Below are positions 1 through 14,400 of a stretch of DNA of 64,000 nucleotides, piece after piece. Below the pieces are notes generated by a model, which did not search any database, was not told where the DNA came from, and worked only from the letters and a program-made list of their open reading frames with translations. The translations under genes and the position numbers were made by a program. Each line of letters starts with the position of its first letter. Position 1 is the first letter of the stretch. The DNA lies in the NCBI GenBank assembly GCA_043228905.1, contig JBHGNT010000001.1, forward strand, positions 29,140,001-29,204,000, written 5' to 3'. The stretch is from Azolla caroliniana. Lineage: Eukaryota; Plantae; Polypodiophyta.

Positions 1-3000
1 TTTTTTACAGGTGGGTAAACACAAAGAGAAAAAGAATACATAGAGAAACAGATAAAGAGAGTGAGTGAGTGAGTGTGTGTGTGTGTGTGTTAAAGTGGAA
101 ACACTAAAGAATGGTTATATTATATATATATATATATATATAACACAAATCAATCAATCCATCATTCAATCAATATCGTAGAAGTGCCAGACTATTAGGG
201 TGGTCCCCCCAACACGCCATGCCATCATCCATGTACATACATACATATATGTATGTATTTGTACATTTCTCTCTAGGCCTTATTTGAGTGTACATGTGAA
301 CCTTGTACTGTTAATGCTCTCTCGGGATCACATTTTTTCCTGTGTGTCGTGTCTCTGCATAGAACTATTCAAAAACATACATAATTCCGCAATGAGACAA
401 GACAATGTTTTACCGTGTCATGTTCATGCACTTTAAGTGTGCATTGCAATATACATGAGAGATTAGGAGTCTAGCACATTGTGTCCACACGAAATGTAAA
501 CGAGGGATCATCTTGATGTGTATGTGTGGCAACACGATGAAGTAGGTGCTCGGAAATGTGGGGCGATTGCTTTTGTGCTTGGGAGCAGTCCCATTGAAGG
601 AAAAAGTGTTAACCCTTAAGGGTCCCACAAATCATTGTCAAATTCCTTTTTGAGCTTATTTTATGTTGGGTTTTCTAATCTAATCAAATGTGTGTAATTG
701 TTAAAACTTAAGAATACCTTTTTAAGTTCCAACGTTTGACAACCCATCCTCCTCTCATTATATAGGCACCACACGACACTTACTAACTCTTCTTGTAGAG
801 AGTAAATTCTCACAAGCTCTAAGCTCATACAAATAGCTAGACCATGAAAAGATTAATGTCTACGATGAAATTGAGCAACGTTGATTTGCTTAATGTCATT
901 GCATTACACTCTCGTCCAGAACTCGTACAACCTACAGGGAACATCATTAAAAAAAAAACACCTTGATGTCATGTGTCTCTCCAAGTAGTCAGGACTATCA
1001 AACCAACCCCTTACCTATGTATTTGTCATGAATATCGTACCATGTACCCCCTTTCCCTTTTCAATAAGTGTAGTACCCACAATTTTTATTGTACCTTTAT
1101 AAATGTAAGTAACGCGTGCATCATTAAAACTCATACACTAAACAACCTGATTTTATTTATATAAATGTGAATCATCCTTAAGGACTATAAGCAACCACAA
1201 TGTTGTTTGGCCCCATCTCCTTCTAAGTCCCTTACTCTACAATAACTTGATTGTGCCCTTCACGATTTGTCTGTGTCTCTCTTGTTACTATAGAAGAAAA
1301 ACTCAAAGAGATAGGTCAAGGTGCTTTCGCATGCTTTGGGTACCCGGTATGGGGGATGTGAATAACAATATAGTATCATGAGTAAAATATCAACAAAACG
1401 TATCATTGAGTAAAATATAGCAATATCATGGGTACCGTGGATTGACAATTTCCCCAAATTAAATGTTTCATCTTCATAGTTAATCAACTATGCGGCATTA
1501 AGGCAAAAAGAAATGTAAAAAAATCCAGCCATTCATTAGCATTTTGGAACTTGTGAAATTTGACCCAACTTAATACTTCCTAGAAAAATACTTTGAGGAG
1601 TTACCCGATAGAGTTTAGAAAATTCGTGAGAGTAAAAATTCCTTTTACTTGCTGGGTTGAGTTAAAATGAGCATGTAGAGAGAACTTCACACTTGGCTTT
1701 GCTATCAATATATGTGCCTTTCAACTTTGATTTTCGTTATTTTGAAAATTTTATGTTTAAGGAAGTGATATAGGTTGGAAACATATTTCTTGTGAATTTA
1801 ACTAGAGAAAGGTTTTCCAATTTGATATAGTTAATGTTAAATTCACAAATTCTCTTGAGAATTGGAAGTCATGCTTACATACGAGTTGTATTGCCAACAC
1901 GAAATGGAGTTGATTAATTGATTTCACAATATGTATTACCAATGCACCTAGATCAAACATGCAACCAGCCCATCTACATTTTGATGTGCGATGTGTGCCC
2001 ATCTACTATTGGTGGACTTTAGACGAGCATATGTTACATATAGCTACGTAATTCACAATGTATTGACTGATAGGGACATTGTGCGCTTATATCAAGGCAA
2101 TTAGAGGCTTTACAATAAAAGTTCTCTCGGTAAATGCTAAAAAAAGAAGCTCGTTTTATCCCCTTAATAAGAGTAAGAAATAAACTCCATATGGAAATAC
2201 AAACAACAATACGATAATTGAATGACAAGTTACCTCATATAGACTTGCACATAATAATATGTTTTCACTATGTAAACCACAAGAGTTTATCTTTGTTTTG
2301 AGATTTGGAAAATTTAATGTAAAAATAAGGAACTTCATGAATGGACTTGTATATTATTGTGAATAATTGGAGTTTTATTGGAATATTTGCACTCAATCTT
2401 TCACCTTTTTTGAACACAATGCATCCGCCTTTTATTATTATTACCAACAGTAATAATAATTAACCATTTTGAAAACCTAGAAATAATGACATAGGAGAAT
2501 TTCAAGCAACCAAATTCCATAACAAGATTGATAAATCATCGTATGCTTTCTTATGCATATACAATATTCGAACGTTTTCTTGGAGTAATGCAAGGATAAT
2601 TTAGTTTTCATACATATGGTCGCTAGAATTTGAAACAAAGTACTTTGGTGCAAAGTGGTCAAATTTGGATAAAGAAAGGGAAAGGAAGTATCACATGTAG
2701 AAATTGGACTTTAAAAAGGGAGATGAATCATATGTCTATCAAAGTGATCTCACATGTTTGAAATATAAGCTTTTACAAACCATGTCTCGGTCTATTAATT
2801 ACAGAAAATATAAAGACTTACACCAACCAGGATTAGATGGACTCTCTCATGAAAACACTGCACAACTAAACATATGAAAACACATACATGTGACTGAAGA
2901 GATCATCTAACAATACTTCTCATATGTTTCCATGTGTCCTCCACATTTAATGTTTGGCTTCTTAAGTTATTGCACTATCAATTGTCGATCCAACGTTCAT

Positions 3001-3739
3001 GTTTCCTTAGTATCGTATGCATTGATTGTCATGCATCCTTTTCCTTTGCTTTAATTTGGTTTCACACTTGCTTGCACTTTCCTTCAATAAGAACAAGTTT
3101 CACATGTATCTCACCAACAAGAAAGGAAGAAGAATGATCCTAGAGTTCATTCATATGGCATCTTGAATTGTCATGTACAAGAATTGGGATGTCAATTCCA
3201 CTTTTCTTCATCATAACTCAAGCTGCCAAAATGTGATGATTAGGCTAAGATTGCCATCTAGGTTTGTGCCCTTTCCTTGCACTACTCAACTCCACTTATG
3301 TGTTTTGTCGAGAGTCATTTAACCATATACATTGTGTTTGAGCACATTCAAAGAATTTGTGAGAATGTCCACCCTTCTAATAAAGGAAACATACTCTTTG
3401 TATTCAATTGTATGATTTTGCACTCATTATCCTATAGACATATAGAATGTTATTTTCTCTATGGTTGTTGGCTTGGTGGTTTACACTATAGCATCAAAAG
3501 TCGCAAATTTGAGAGAACCGAAGTTTGATCCTCGCCATGGGCTAGGCCTTGTCTCATAGATCACAAACGGTGTCTTCATGTGTGTTTGATATCTATCAAT
3601 ACAATATATCGATACTAGTTGTCCTTGGTTGTGGTCTTTGATAACTCCTTTACACTAGCATGTGAGGATTGTTTCTATCATGTGAATATGCTACCTCTTT
3701 TGATGGCACTTGGGAATGTCCCTCTACCTATATAGAAAG

Positions 3740-4034
3740 CATTGTTGTAAAATACTTAGCCTAAAATACACGTACAATACGTATTGTAAGTATTGTAACT
3801 TTATTTTTAAAATACTTAAAATACGTATTTTATAGATAAAGTACGTTAAATACTTAGAATATGTGTAGAATACTTGTAAAATACGTAAAATACTTCTTAA
3901 AATTTTAATTTTAATTTTTCTAAAAAAACAAAATACTCTTTGAAATGATAAGTACTTGTTAAATACGTTGAATACATCAAATTTTTAAAAACGACAGTTC
4001 TGAAACGTAGAATACACGTTTTTTAACAACTATG
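3740..4034. mobile_element. Non-autonomous hAT-type MITE (295 bp)
   Basis: Imperfect TIRs (left CATTGTTGTAAAA; right TTTTAACAACTATG, reverse complement CATAGTTGTTAAAA), a perfect 8-bp TSD ATAGAAAG (3732-3739 and 4035-4042) and many internal AAATAC(G/T)T repeats. An 8-bp TSD with CA..TG ends is typical of hAT. Confidence 0.85.
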
Positions 4035-5720
4035 ATAGAAAGCGCAACAATATGCTCTAAGGGTGGTTTTTACGTGCAATTAACATAATTGTGTGGTTCC
4101 AAGAAGAATAAAAAGAGAGAGAAAAAAAAAAAAATATTAACTATATGGTTCACTGAACATGTGAGGCAACCTTGAATGTGGAACAAAAGAGTGTAAGTGC
4201 GAGAGTGAAAATACACACCAAGTGTAACCAAAGTAATTAGTAGTATCTTAAGCCTAAAAGTTGGTTGTTGGCTTGTGGCCTTTATTAAGGATATAATATA
4301 CAATGTATGATTGAGTTTGATGCCTTACATGTGTACATGAACATGGGATGTAAGGCTATTATGGCAATACTTTGTATCCTTTTATATGTTTTGGGGACCA
4401 CTTCAAATTTCAATTAGGACATTAGAAATTTACCATTAATTACACATAATTATAATTTTTATTCAGCTTGTGTTCCGTTCTGATTCATTGTTGTGTTTTG
4501 TTGTCCGTAGACAATTGGAGTTGAAATACCCTTTCTTCTTATTGCATTACTAAGCTTTTCATAAACATAGAGTCCACCGACAAGCAAGAAGAAATGAGTC
4601 TTTCATCTAAGCTAGATTCCATTGGAGCTAAGTTTATGGCAGCATAGCAAAGAGAACCTAAGACTATTGATCTAGGACTCACAACAAAAGTGAGTGTTTA
4701 GAAAGCACAAGAGAGTAGGTACCTCAATGAATGCACCAACCAAAGCAACTCTATTATCTTTGTCAATGCGTGGTTCCAACGATAAAGTATCGTAAACTGT
4801 AAGGTGCATCTAATGATGGAGATGCCTCCTAATTTGATAGTCTTCATGCTTGTAAAAACGATCTCCTAAGCAATTCCACGACATGGATAAATCATGGGAG
4901 TCTTTAGGAAATCCTAGAGTTGGTGTTGCCATCGATTGAATTTTGGTTTGGTCATTTAACTATAGCTAGCATCCACATCCGAAAATTGAGAGAAACTGAG
5001 TGCGATCACCCCCCCCCCCCCCACCACAAAAAAAGAAAGAAAGAATAGAAATACACATGCGAAAAGAAGAGAAAGAGCAAAGGAAATCCTACTCTTCTTC
5101 TTCTTTTACTTTTTGTTAAATTGGCGGTGTTCCATTTCCCCGGGAAAATAAAAACCTCAAAACAACTTCTAAAAACCACCTTTTCTTGCTTTAATTTCAC
5201 AACCAAAAAACTGCCGACATGTTGAGGCTAGCAAAACTGCCTTTTTTCTTCTTCTTTTGATTAAAACTGCCATTTTCCTTCTTTTTAATAAAATTTGCCT
5301 TTCTCCTCCTCCTCCTCCTTCATCTCTTTCCGATACACGTGCACCCAAAAAAACCAAAAATCTTCCTGTTCTCATCTCGATCGCCATCGCCGGAACCTTG
5401 CGCTTGCGCGCTGCTGCTGATCAATATTAACTGTTCCATTATTAACTCACCATGGATGATTTTGCAGAGAGAAAAAGAATGGCCAGATCAACACTTGCTC
5501 TTCCTTCCGCACGGCCATGGACGATTTTGATGCAAGAATCCATGGCCAGATCAATACTAACTCTTCTATTCCCACAGCAATTGTTGATTTTGCAGCGAGA
5601 ATATTGAGGACCTTCAGAGCAAGTAACACAGCTACTCATCTCTGCATTTTGGATTTGCAAACACATTGTGATTACGTACTTGAGGAGGAGCAACTGTTTC
5701 TTGTTCATATTTTATGCGCT

Positions 5721-5751
<31 letters not shown>
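5721..5751. repeat. (ATG)n trinucleotide microsatellite
   Basis: About 10 ATG/GAT units; explains the poly-M and poly-D runs in spurious ORFs. Confidence 0.95.
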
Positions 5752-5755
<4 letters not shown>

Positions 5756-5868
5756 ATATATCACGACAAGCACTACTCGAGGAGCCATTGCTTCTTCTTC
5801 AAAATTTTCAGCTCTAACGGTGATAACGAGAACTGCGATAGGGTACAAATACCAGTTTTTCTAGGACA

Positions 5869-8800
5869 TCATCGATATGGCCATATGGATGACAATTTCT
5901 TCTCTGATCTGGTTTTATTCATCATCATCTTCTTCTTCCTTGAGCCATTCCTCCACCAAAAGCAAGTCTGCAGGCTATGTTCTTTCGATTTAGTCGTCTC
6001 CTTCTTGTTTCTATCATTCTTATCAATGTCGATCAAGCTCTCCTTCTCTTTTGGCTCATCTATGCTGTCGGGTGTCAGAGAATAAGAGGTTCCTTCTTCA
6101 ACTTGTATCTGATTACAGTTAGACAACGATCTATTCATATTGTACCGTGTTTCTTTTTCTCCTTTGTCGATCATGGAAGGGGATGGATGAGCGTGGTCAG
6201 AAGATATTGCTGCTTGCATGATGATATTTCCTCTCAGCGATGGTGGTAAAGGTAGAGGTGTACTGTTGGTAGAGTTAGCCATGTTGCAGGTTCTGGCTAT
6301 AGCAATGGAGGATTTCGAGGTTAATGTTGTGGTGCAGACATCATCTGGAGGTTGCCTAACATTACTAAGGGAATCGTGTGGAATGGAGAGCTGCATATTA
6401 TCAATCATCCGTCTTCTCGGAAGACGAGTTATCAGCGTTGGCAATGACGTAGCCTCTACTATTTCTCGTCTGCGCCACAGAAGCAGAGATAATCGCTTCA
6501 TAAAGCTATGCCCCGATGAATTAGACGTTAAATGATCGTTATTATGTGCGGTAGAAGAAGGCATGGCCTGATGCTTGCTCAGACGTGATTTCTCCTTCTT
6601 GACTGTTATCATCTTCTTGCAGGTATTTTCACTGTTAATCTTGCACTGTCTAGCTATGGAGGAGCCACTAGAATCAAAGTTCGCAGATGGACTTGTCGAT
6701 TGGCTAGTACTAACAGAGAAGATGATTGAAATATTATCACTGTTATTATTAGACAAGAAAGAAGAAGAATTGTCTGCTAGCTGATGGTCGTCACCTGCTC
6801 TATCAGAAATACTGGTTTTTGAGGTCTTAATCAATGGGGGCAGTTGGAAGATTTTGAAAGGCGTAGTGCTCGTACACGAGCTTTTCCTAATGTTCAGCTT
6901 TCTAGGGCTTCCAGGATCAACATGTGCGCCATACCCAGGATGGTGGTATAAATTAGAAGCTTTGAAAGCAGGATTTGGGAACATAACCAGAGGCTTCGCA
7001 GAAGAAGACGATTTGGAAGAAAGCCGCCAGGGCCGATTAGGGCTAGGTATCACATCCACACAGAAGGCTGTGCCTACGAACTTGTGATCGTGATGCTGAT
7101 GATATTCTGAACGAGATATAATGGTTCCTTCAACAGCTCTATTACAGGCCGTGGCGGCGTCTCTTTCTGCTCTTTTTGAAAAGGGTATTCTTTTCGATCT
7201 CATTTTCACCATAGCCAGGACATCTTCCATTTTCGAAGGCTTTTTTCCCTCTTCTAAAACACTATCTTCTTCTTCATCTGTGGAAGTTTTCTTTTTCTTC
7301 TTCGATGCTGTCTTCTTTGATATAATCTTCTTCTGTGGCTTTGACTTCTGCATAGTTACTGCATGATTCGTCCTGACTAGCTGTGCAGATTTATGATGCG
7401 TTACAGCAGACATTACTCGCTCGGCTATGGTCATGGTTGTAATGGATCGCTTGTTAGAGATAATTGTGATGCTTCGCCACGGTGGCCTGTACTTCTGATG
7501 ATCTGATGTATTTACTACTGCCGCTTTGGTACTACTATTACGCCGATGGTTAGAAGCATTCTTGGCGGTATTGGTCCTGTCAGAAATCGATGTTGGAGCA
7601 GGGGATGCTGATGATGATTGTTGTCTTTGCACTGCGGAATCTACTTGATGATTCATCTGCCATGGAAACATTTCTGCAACTTCATCGACACCAATCTTTC
7701 TGTCAGAATCCCTCGTTACTGAAGCGGGTTTGAGCACTGAGATTTCTTCTGCATCCTGAATAATATCAGATAGCGATGCACCCGGAAGGTTTGATCTCTG
7801 TATTACGTGCAAGCGTTCTGCACAGCTAGTGTCCAGCTCATCCAGTTTCTGAGGGATTCCTTCTTGATCGGCAACAACAACATTGCGAGAGCGTAACTTT
7901 GGGCCTGAAGATTTCGGAAGATTTGGCCTTTTCTGATGCTCGGTCGTCATCTTCATGCCTTTACCTGTACAAGAGTTCTTCTGTGCAGGTTTTGGTCTCA
8001 CCATGGCTGCTGTTGTTTCTGGTCTCACATTGACGCTTAATTCTCCATCTCTGGGACCATGACGTTCCTGACCATGATCATTACCGTCAGCAGCAGTAGT
8101 CACATCCTTCTGCAGACGATAATGTATAGGTAATTGCTGCAAATCACAAGCATTCCATGACGAGCACGCCTCCTTCGTTGTGGCAGAAACATTCACTGCT
8201 TTATTCTCCAGTATTGCTCTCCCATCATTTATGTAAGTCTGCTGCTGAACAGACGGCTTCGTCGTCTTTGATATACCTGCAGATGGTTTGGAAGCTTCAT
8301 GAGGAGCTGTAATACGAGAAGATGACACAGGTTTATCGTCCTTCTGAAATGCATCCTGTGATTTTATCCTGGTAACAATTCGATCATTGTTCTCTTGGTT
8401 TGTCTTCTTCTTCTTCTGCCTCTTCTGTTTCATTGATCTGGATGTCGGAGATCTAGCATCAATGTTCTCTTTGCCATGACCACCGAATTTATCTGAATCT
8501 GCGTCCACTGTGGTAGCAGTGGAACTTTGCGTACTCTGGCCAGAGACGATGACAGTTTCTTCAGGCATGGTCCATCGCCGCCTAGTCTTTGATATTCTTC
8601 CTCCTCCTGCGCTTAATTATGAGGAAAGGTAGAATTGTTATAAGCCCGTCAGCTCGCGAGAGCAATGTCTGTGCATACACAGACTGAGAGAGAGGAAGAC
8701 AGAAGGATCAAAGAAGAAATGGAAATATTTCATATATCTATAAAGACATGATAAGCAAAAAGAACAGAAACAAAACTTTGTTAAATCTTTACCATCAGCC

Positions 8801-9189
8801 ACGCCGATGATCGATGGTGGAGGTGAAAAGCGAGGATTCAGAAGGAATGGAGCATGAGCATAATACTTCTTCTGTGGCTGATTCAAGTTCAGAACAGCGG
8901 TGTGTAATCCTCTATCAGGGGGAACTTTAGCATGAAACTGAGGGGATACGACGAGGGCATGTGGATGATGATTACGAAGATCTGTTGCAGGAGATGTCAA
9001 CGGGTATGGTGATGGCCTGCAGTGACGCCGTCTCAGAGATGACTGAATCTGAGCGAGGCGAGAAACTGCCGCATCCACTTTGGCTATGGTATGTGCAATC
9101 AGATCAGGTCGATCTATACGGTCGTTGTATTCTGCGGAACTTATCTGACTACCAGACAGATCAGCAGCAGCACGAGCATCTCTCTGCAT
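5869..9189 (-). CDS. TAN1: TANGLED1-like microtubule-binding division-plane protein, 2 exons, 1044 aa
   Basis: Exon 1 9189-8793 (ATG to ADG|GTAAAG, phase 1) joins exon 2 8606-5869 (GCAG|GA) in frame with the 899-aa ORF. Motifs recalled from TAN1: DLIAHTIAKVDAAVSRLAQIQ (cf. DLLKETINKVD..MERLQELQ), SNLPGASLSDIIQDA (cf. MSLPAMLLGETV.EILQAS) and SPNRPW...MFPNPAF (cf. SPSNRPW..VLFPNPLF). The rest is basic, Ser-rich and low-complexity. Confidence 0.72.
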
Positions 9190-11471
9190 TGTGGTTATTG
9201 AGGATAGCTTGATGAGGCCGTGGCTATGGAGGTCAGTTATTTTGTAGGGAGATCCATAGAATGAACTTGAAATTCCATCGGCTGCTGCTTCTTCTCGATC
9301 TGCAGGTATTTAAGTCTCTTACATTGATAGTATATGTTTGGGCGATGAGCGATGAAGGCCACCATCTAGAGGCACAGCAGCCTCGATTCTGCAGAAAGAA
9401 ATATCGGAAGGACATGATGAAGAAAAATCAGAAAAGCAGATTGTTTTGCGTTTTGTTTTTGTCCTGTGGGTGCGCGCGGGGCAGAAGAGGAGGCGGGAGG
9501 TAAGAGGGGTCACTTCTCCACGGCGGGAATGCCTCTCCGTATATGTATTATTGTATTATTGTATATATAATATATATACATACTTCTTTCTATTCTATAT
9601 TTTTTACACGCATATGTATGTATTATGTATACATACACATCTTACATACGCATGTGTATATGGATGCTATATTACTACATATATATGTAGTTATCGATGT
9701 TTCTATTTGCTACCTATAATAAAGAGGCCTGGTTAGGAAATTGCGGTCACCGACGGTGCAAGGCACATCTCGAAGGCGCATACGACTTTCTACGTTCAAA
9801 CAACTACTAGGAGGCCGAGGTTCTCTCAGCCATTGTTGTACATCTTTGTCTCAAAGACCAAAATTTCCCATCCATTGACGTATTCTGCTTCACGACATTG
9901 CCTGTGCTTTATCGACCAATGTCTTCCTCTTAACGAGGCATATGTAGATTGATTGTACTTCTAATTTCTCCTCTAGAAGAAACAATTAGTGGTACTCCGT
10001 GCTCATTGCTCTTGCAATGAGTCGTATTTGTTTATTCTCTCTTTAAATACTTTGCATCAGAAGATAGTCGAAAAGGTAGCACTTAGATGATGGTCTTGAT
10101 TGACTTGTAATATGCTTAAAGCATAAAGTTGAGCTTGTAGCTGTGGTTCCAAGCTTGTTGATGTCTTCATTAACTTAGATTCTCTAGAATGGGTTTACTC
10201 ATTTGTTATCTTCATTGTCTATTTGCCAACCTTACTCATTTGTTACATCTTCTTTCAAGTAGATTGTGTGTTTCGACTTGGCTCCCTCATATAATTGAAG
10301 GATCATACAAAATGTTCTTAATTCCATTGATGACCTTGCCAATTTGCCTTAATTTTCCTTAATATATTGGACATTGGTAATGACTAATGGCCTTTTTATC
10401 TTATCATCTCTATGTTGAGATAATAAGCTCACCACACATTTCATAAGAAAATGTGTCCTAAAGTCTATACTTATCATAAATGTAAGCAATATACCTTTTG
10501 TATTAAATGTAGCGGACACTCCATGAGATCTCTCATTCTTCACCATGAAAAACTAGTTTAAGATTATATGTGATGTATAAACTAGAACCTATTACATATA
10601 TTACGCCCCCTCATGTATTTAGTGTTCATTAGGCTTTGGTCATTAATCAAGTCACATAGTTAAATTGGTTATATATAATTGTATAATCATCCTCCATTTT
10701 GTTAATCATTGTGTTTGTAAAACTCATATATACTCTCTCTCTCTCTAAACTATTAGATACCCCGGATATAAAGAGACTAGGTAGGTATATCTTAGACCTA
10801 AAACAACATAGGGAGAATAAGCTATAAAGTGTTAACCATAACCCTTTTAATATTCATCAACATAAAAGTAGTGTAATTTTTCAGGAACAAGGGGAGACGA
10901 TGAATGTGGTTTAAGATACACTTACACCACTCAACCTCTCTCTTGAGGAAGCAGAAATGCAAAGAACCAAACGCCCTCAGATGTTGGGCTTCAAAACAAC
11001 TCGACGTGGAGTAGAAACGAAACGAAGAGAGATCTAATATGTGGGGAAGGAAAAGTCTATGCTAGTCTAATGAAAGACCAAGCACAAAAAGGTGGTGACG
11101 TTCGTTCTTTCACTGACATTTGAGGCTAACTGCGTAATGTTCTAGTCTTGATATCTCTAGTGTTAGCAACCTATACACTTACATCCAATTCACTGTACTT
11201 TCAGTGGTTAATTATGCTTCCACACAACAACCTCACACAGGTATACATTCATTTCATCATGGACTGAACCCCTTTATTTTACCAACATTCTAAAAGGGTT
11301 ATATAGATGTACACAAATACACCTTACAGCATGAGAAAACTCTTCTAATAGAAGGTATTGAAAACGATACAAAGTAAATAATAGCCTCTCTCAATTTTAC
11401 ATCACTGAGCACAAGGGGCAACATTCTGTGCTCCGGGCACGGTCTCAGATGTTGCAGGTAAATTTCTGAAT

Positions 11472-14400
11472 TCAAGGAACTTGAAGAGGGTTGATACCCC
11501 AGATCTCCCTTGCATACTGATGGATAGTTCTGTCACTGCTAAACTTGAAAGATCCAGCTGTGTTCATTATCGACATTTTCGTCCATCTCTGCAATTCAAA
11601 TGGAAAATGGGTCATCTCTCCGGTTAATAAGACCAATAGCATATGCATCATCCACGTTCCAAATTTGAAAAAAAATCATGGATTTCCACGATATTACGGG
11701 GAAGGAAGCTTGGTCATTTCTTCAATTCCTAGTACATGGCATAAACTGCTGAACATATTGAACTTATCTCACTAATTCAACCATATTTTCTATTCCACGG
11801 ACCACTACCGAACATAATGAACAACTCTTCCCAATGTAAATACTAGTTCAGCAAATATGGATGGTTATTATTTTAGTGATTAATGTGTATACTGGTATTA
11901 TTTTAATGACTATTACTTGGTATGTACTAGACGACTAAGAAGATACTCACTACGAAGATAAGTGGTATTAGAATTAGTATGAAATATAAGAATTACCATA
12001 TACTAATTTACATTAAAAAGTTCATCCAATTTTAAATAAGTCAAACGCACAATCATCAAGAAAACAAGGTACCTCTGTGTCCTTGTAAGCCTCATCGATC
12101 TCGTCCTGGGACTCTATATATGAAGGAAAATCTTTTCCAACCAGGAAGTAATCACCTCTACCATAACCTTCATTGCCTTCAAGTGATCCTAGCAGATCAT
12201 TATAGTCATACTTTCCAAATACTCCACTCCTTATGAATGCTTTTGCTTCCTCAAATCTTGGATCCGGTTTGAACTACATACATAAAGTAATATAGGTATA
12301 TTAGATCAAATTCAAGAAGAATGTCCCACAGAAACTAAAATGTAATTTCTGCTTCATGTCTATGCGTTGATTGCTACTTCATATTGAGTCACAACGGAAT
12401 ACAAGTTCACATACATTGAAGTATACATGGATAAGTAGGGTTCATCAAATAAAATGAGATCATATTTTACATGAACAGGGTACGACAATGCCAATAGTCA
12501 CAGTAGAAGACATAAGACTGCACATAATTGGGGAGGTCTTATTGCTAAGAACTGTATCGTGACCTATTTTAGCAAAACTTGGGTCATACTTCTGGATCCT
12601 TTCTATATGCTAACTTCAATGTTCATATTACCATCCCAGTGTTTACATGAGAACAAGGTCGACAGCTGGGGCAGCTGTAACTCAATACCAGGGATAATTA
12701 ACAGCCATGCTAATGATTGAAATGTTGGCAGAGACGGTGCCAACATTTCAATCATACATTGAAGTATACATGGATAAGTAGGGTTCATCAAATAAAATGA
12801 GATCATATTTTACATGAACAGGGTACGACAATGCCAATAGTCACAGTAGAAGACATAAGACTGCACATAATTGGGGAGGTCTTATTGCTAAGAACTGTAT
12901 CGTGACCTATTTTAGCAAAACTTGGGTCATACTGTGTTTACATGAGAACAAGGTCGACAGCTGGGGCAGCTGTAACTCAATACCAGGGATAATTAACAGC
13001 CATGCTAATGATTGAAATGTTGGCAGAGACGGTGCCAACATTTCAATCATACATTGAAGTATACATGGATAAGTAGGGTTCATCAAATAAAATGAGATCA
13101 TATTTTACATGAACAGGGTACGACAATGCCAATAGTCACAGTAGAAGACATAAGACTGCACATAATTGGGGAGGTCTTATTGCTAAGAACTGTATCGTGA
13201 CCTATTTTAGCAAAACTTGGGTCATACTGTGTTTACATGAGAACAAGGTCGACAGCTGGGGCAGCTGTAACTCAATACCAGGGATAATTAACAGCCATGC
13301 TAATGATTGAAATGTTGGCAGAGACGGTGCCAACATTTCAATCATACATTGAAGTATACATGGATAAGTAGGGTTCATCAAATAAAATGAGATCATATTT
13401 TACATGAACAGGGTACGACAATGCCAATAGTCACAGTAGAAGACATAAGACTGCACATAATTGGGGAGGTCTTATTGCTAAGAACTGTATCGTGACCTAT
13501 TTTAGCAAAACTTGGGTCATACTTCTGGATCCTTTCTATATGCTAACTTCAATGTTCATATTACCATCCCAGTGTTTACATGAGAACAAGGTCGACAGCT
13601 GGGGCAGCTGTAACTCAATACCAGGGATAATTAACAGCCATGCTAATGATTGAAATGTTGGCAGAGACGGTGCATCTACTCAACCATGTCAGTCATGGGT
13701 CGAGCAAAGCAGCCTAGATAAATAATGAAGCCAAACTGTTGCTTTTAGCTTGTTATCTGACATCCAACTAGAAGAAGCAGGAAGCTCAACAGGATGGTAG
13801 CCAATGTGCTGCTCTTGCCTCATGAACAGCTCAGACAGCAGGGAGAAGAATGAGATGCAATTGGTTCAGATCAAAAAAATCCTAGATGGTATCAATCCAG
13901 AACAGAAAATGGTTGCTCAAATGTAAGAAGAGTGCTCTTCAATCAAGTACTATCAGAGTTGGAAACTAGACAGTGGAGCATCTCAGGTTAGCTCCAGAAC
14001 CTAAATGAGAAATGGCCAATCAAAGGAATTGGATCAACTCTAATAGAAAAAGGTAGTGCGAAGGATGTGCCTGATGTATGATATGCTTGGATCCAGGTTC
14101 TGAATGACTTTATTTCTTGGCAAATCCCACAGGTGCTCAGAAGACCCATCAAATCGGCAGTTTGTACTGTTTTCTGGTACTTTGGAGTATAAATGTGCTC
14201 TCAACATGTCACGTGGTGTTTCAACGAATTCTAGTAGAATCATAAAACTCAATGAAGGGCATCAGAATCCAATAAGATATAATTCGCATTACTAAAGCGA
14301 AGTCTCAACCCACAATGTCTGGGAGCTCATAGGTGGGTGGAACTGAGAGACTAGGGTCTGACAAGCATGTAGACCTCAACCAAAACTGATGTAATTCCTG

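Noticed and set aside
400-3700. Possible genes among the short ORFs
   Set aside because: Only eroded TE-like traces; no coherent exon structure.
5169-5868. Extra gene or C-terminal extension of the TAN1-like gene (ORFs 5442-5708 minus, 5517-5864 plus)
   Set aside because: No recognisable motif and no splice path I could support; ORFs are inflated by the (ATG)n repeat. RNA-seq would decide.
5977-7366. Plus-strand ORFs overlapping the 899-aa ORF
   Set aside because: Antisense shadows of the real coding strand.
12409-13673. CRISPR-like array or repeated 64-67 aa ORFs
   Set aside because: Units are identical 295/343-bp copies with no unique spacers, inside a spliceosomal intron; the ORFs are by-products of the repeat.
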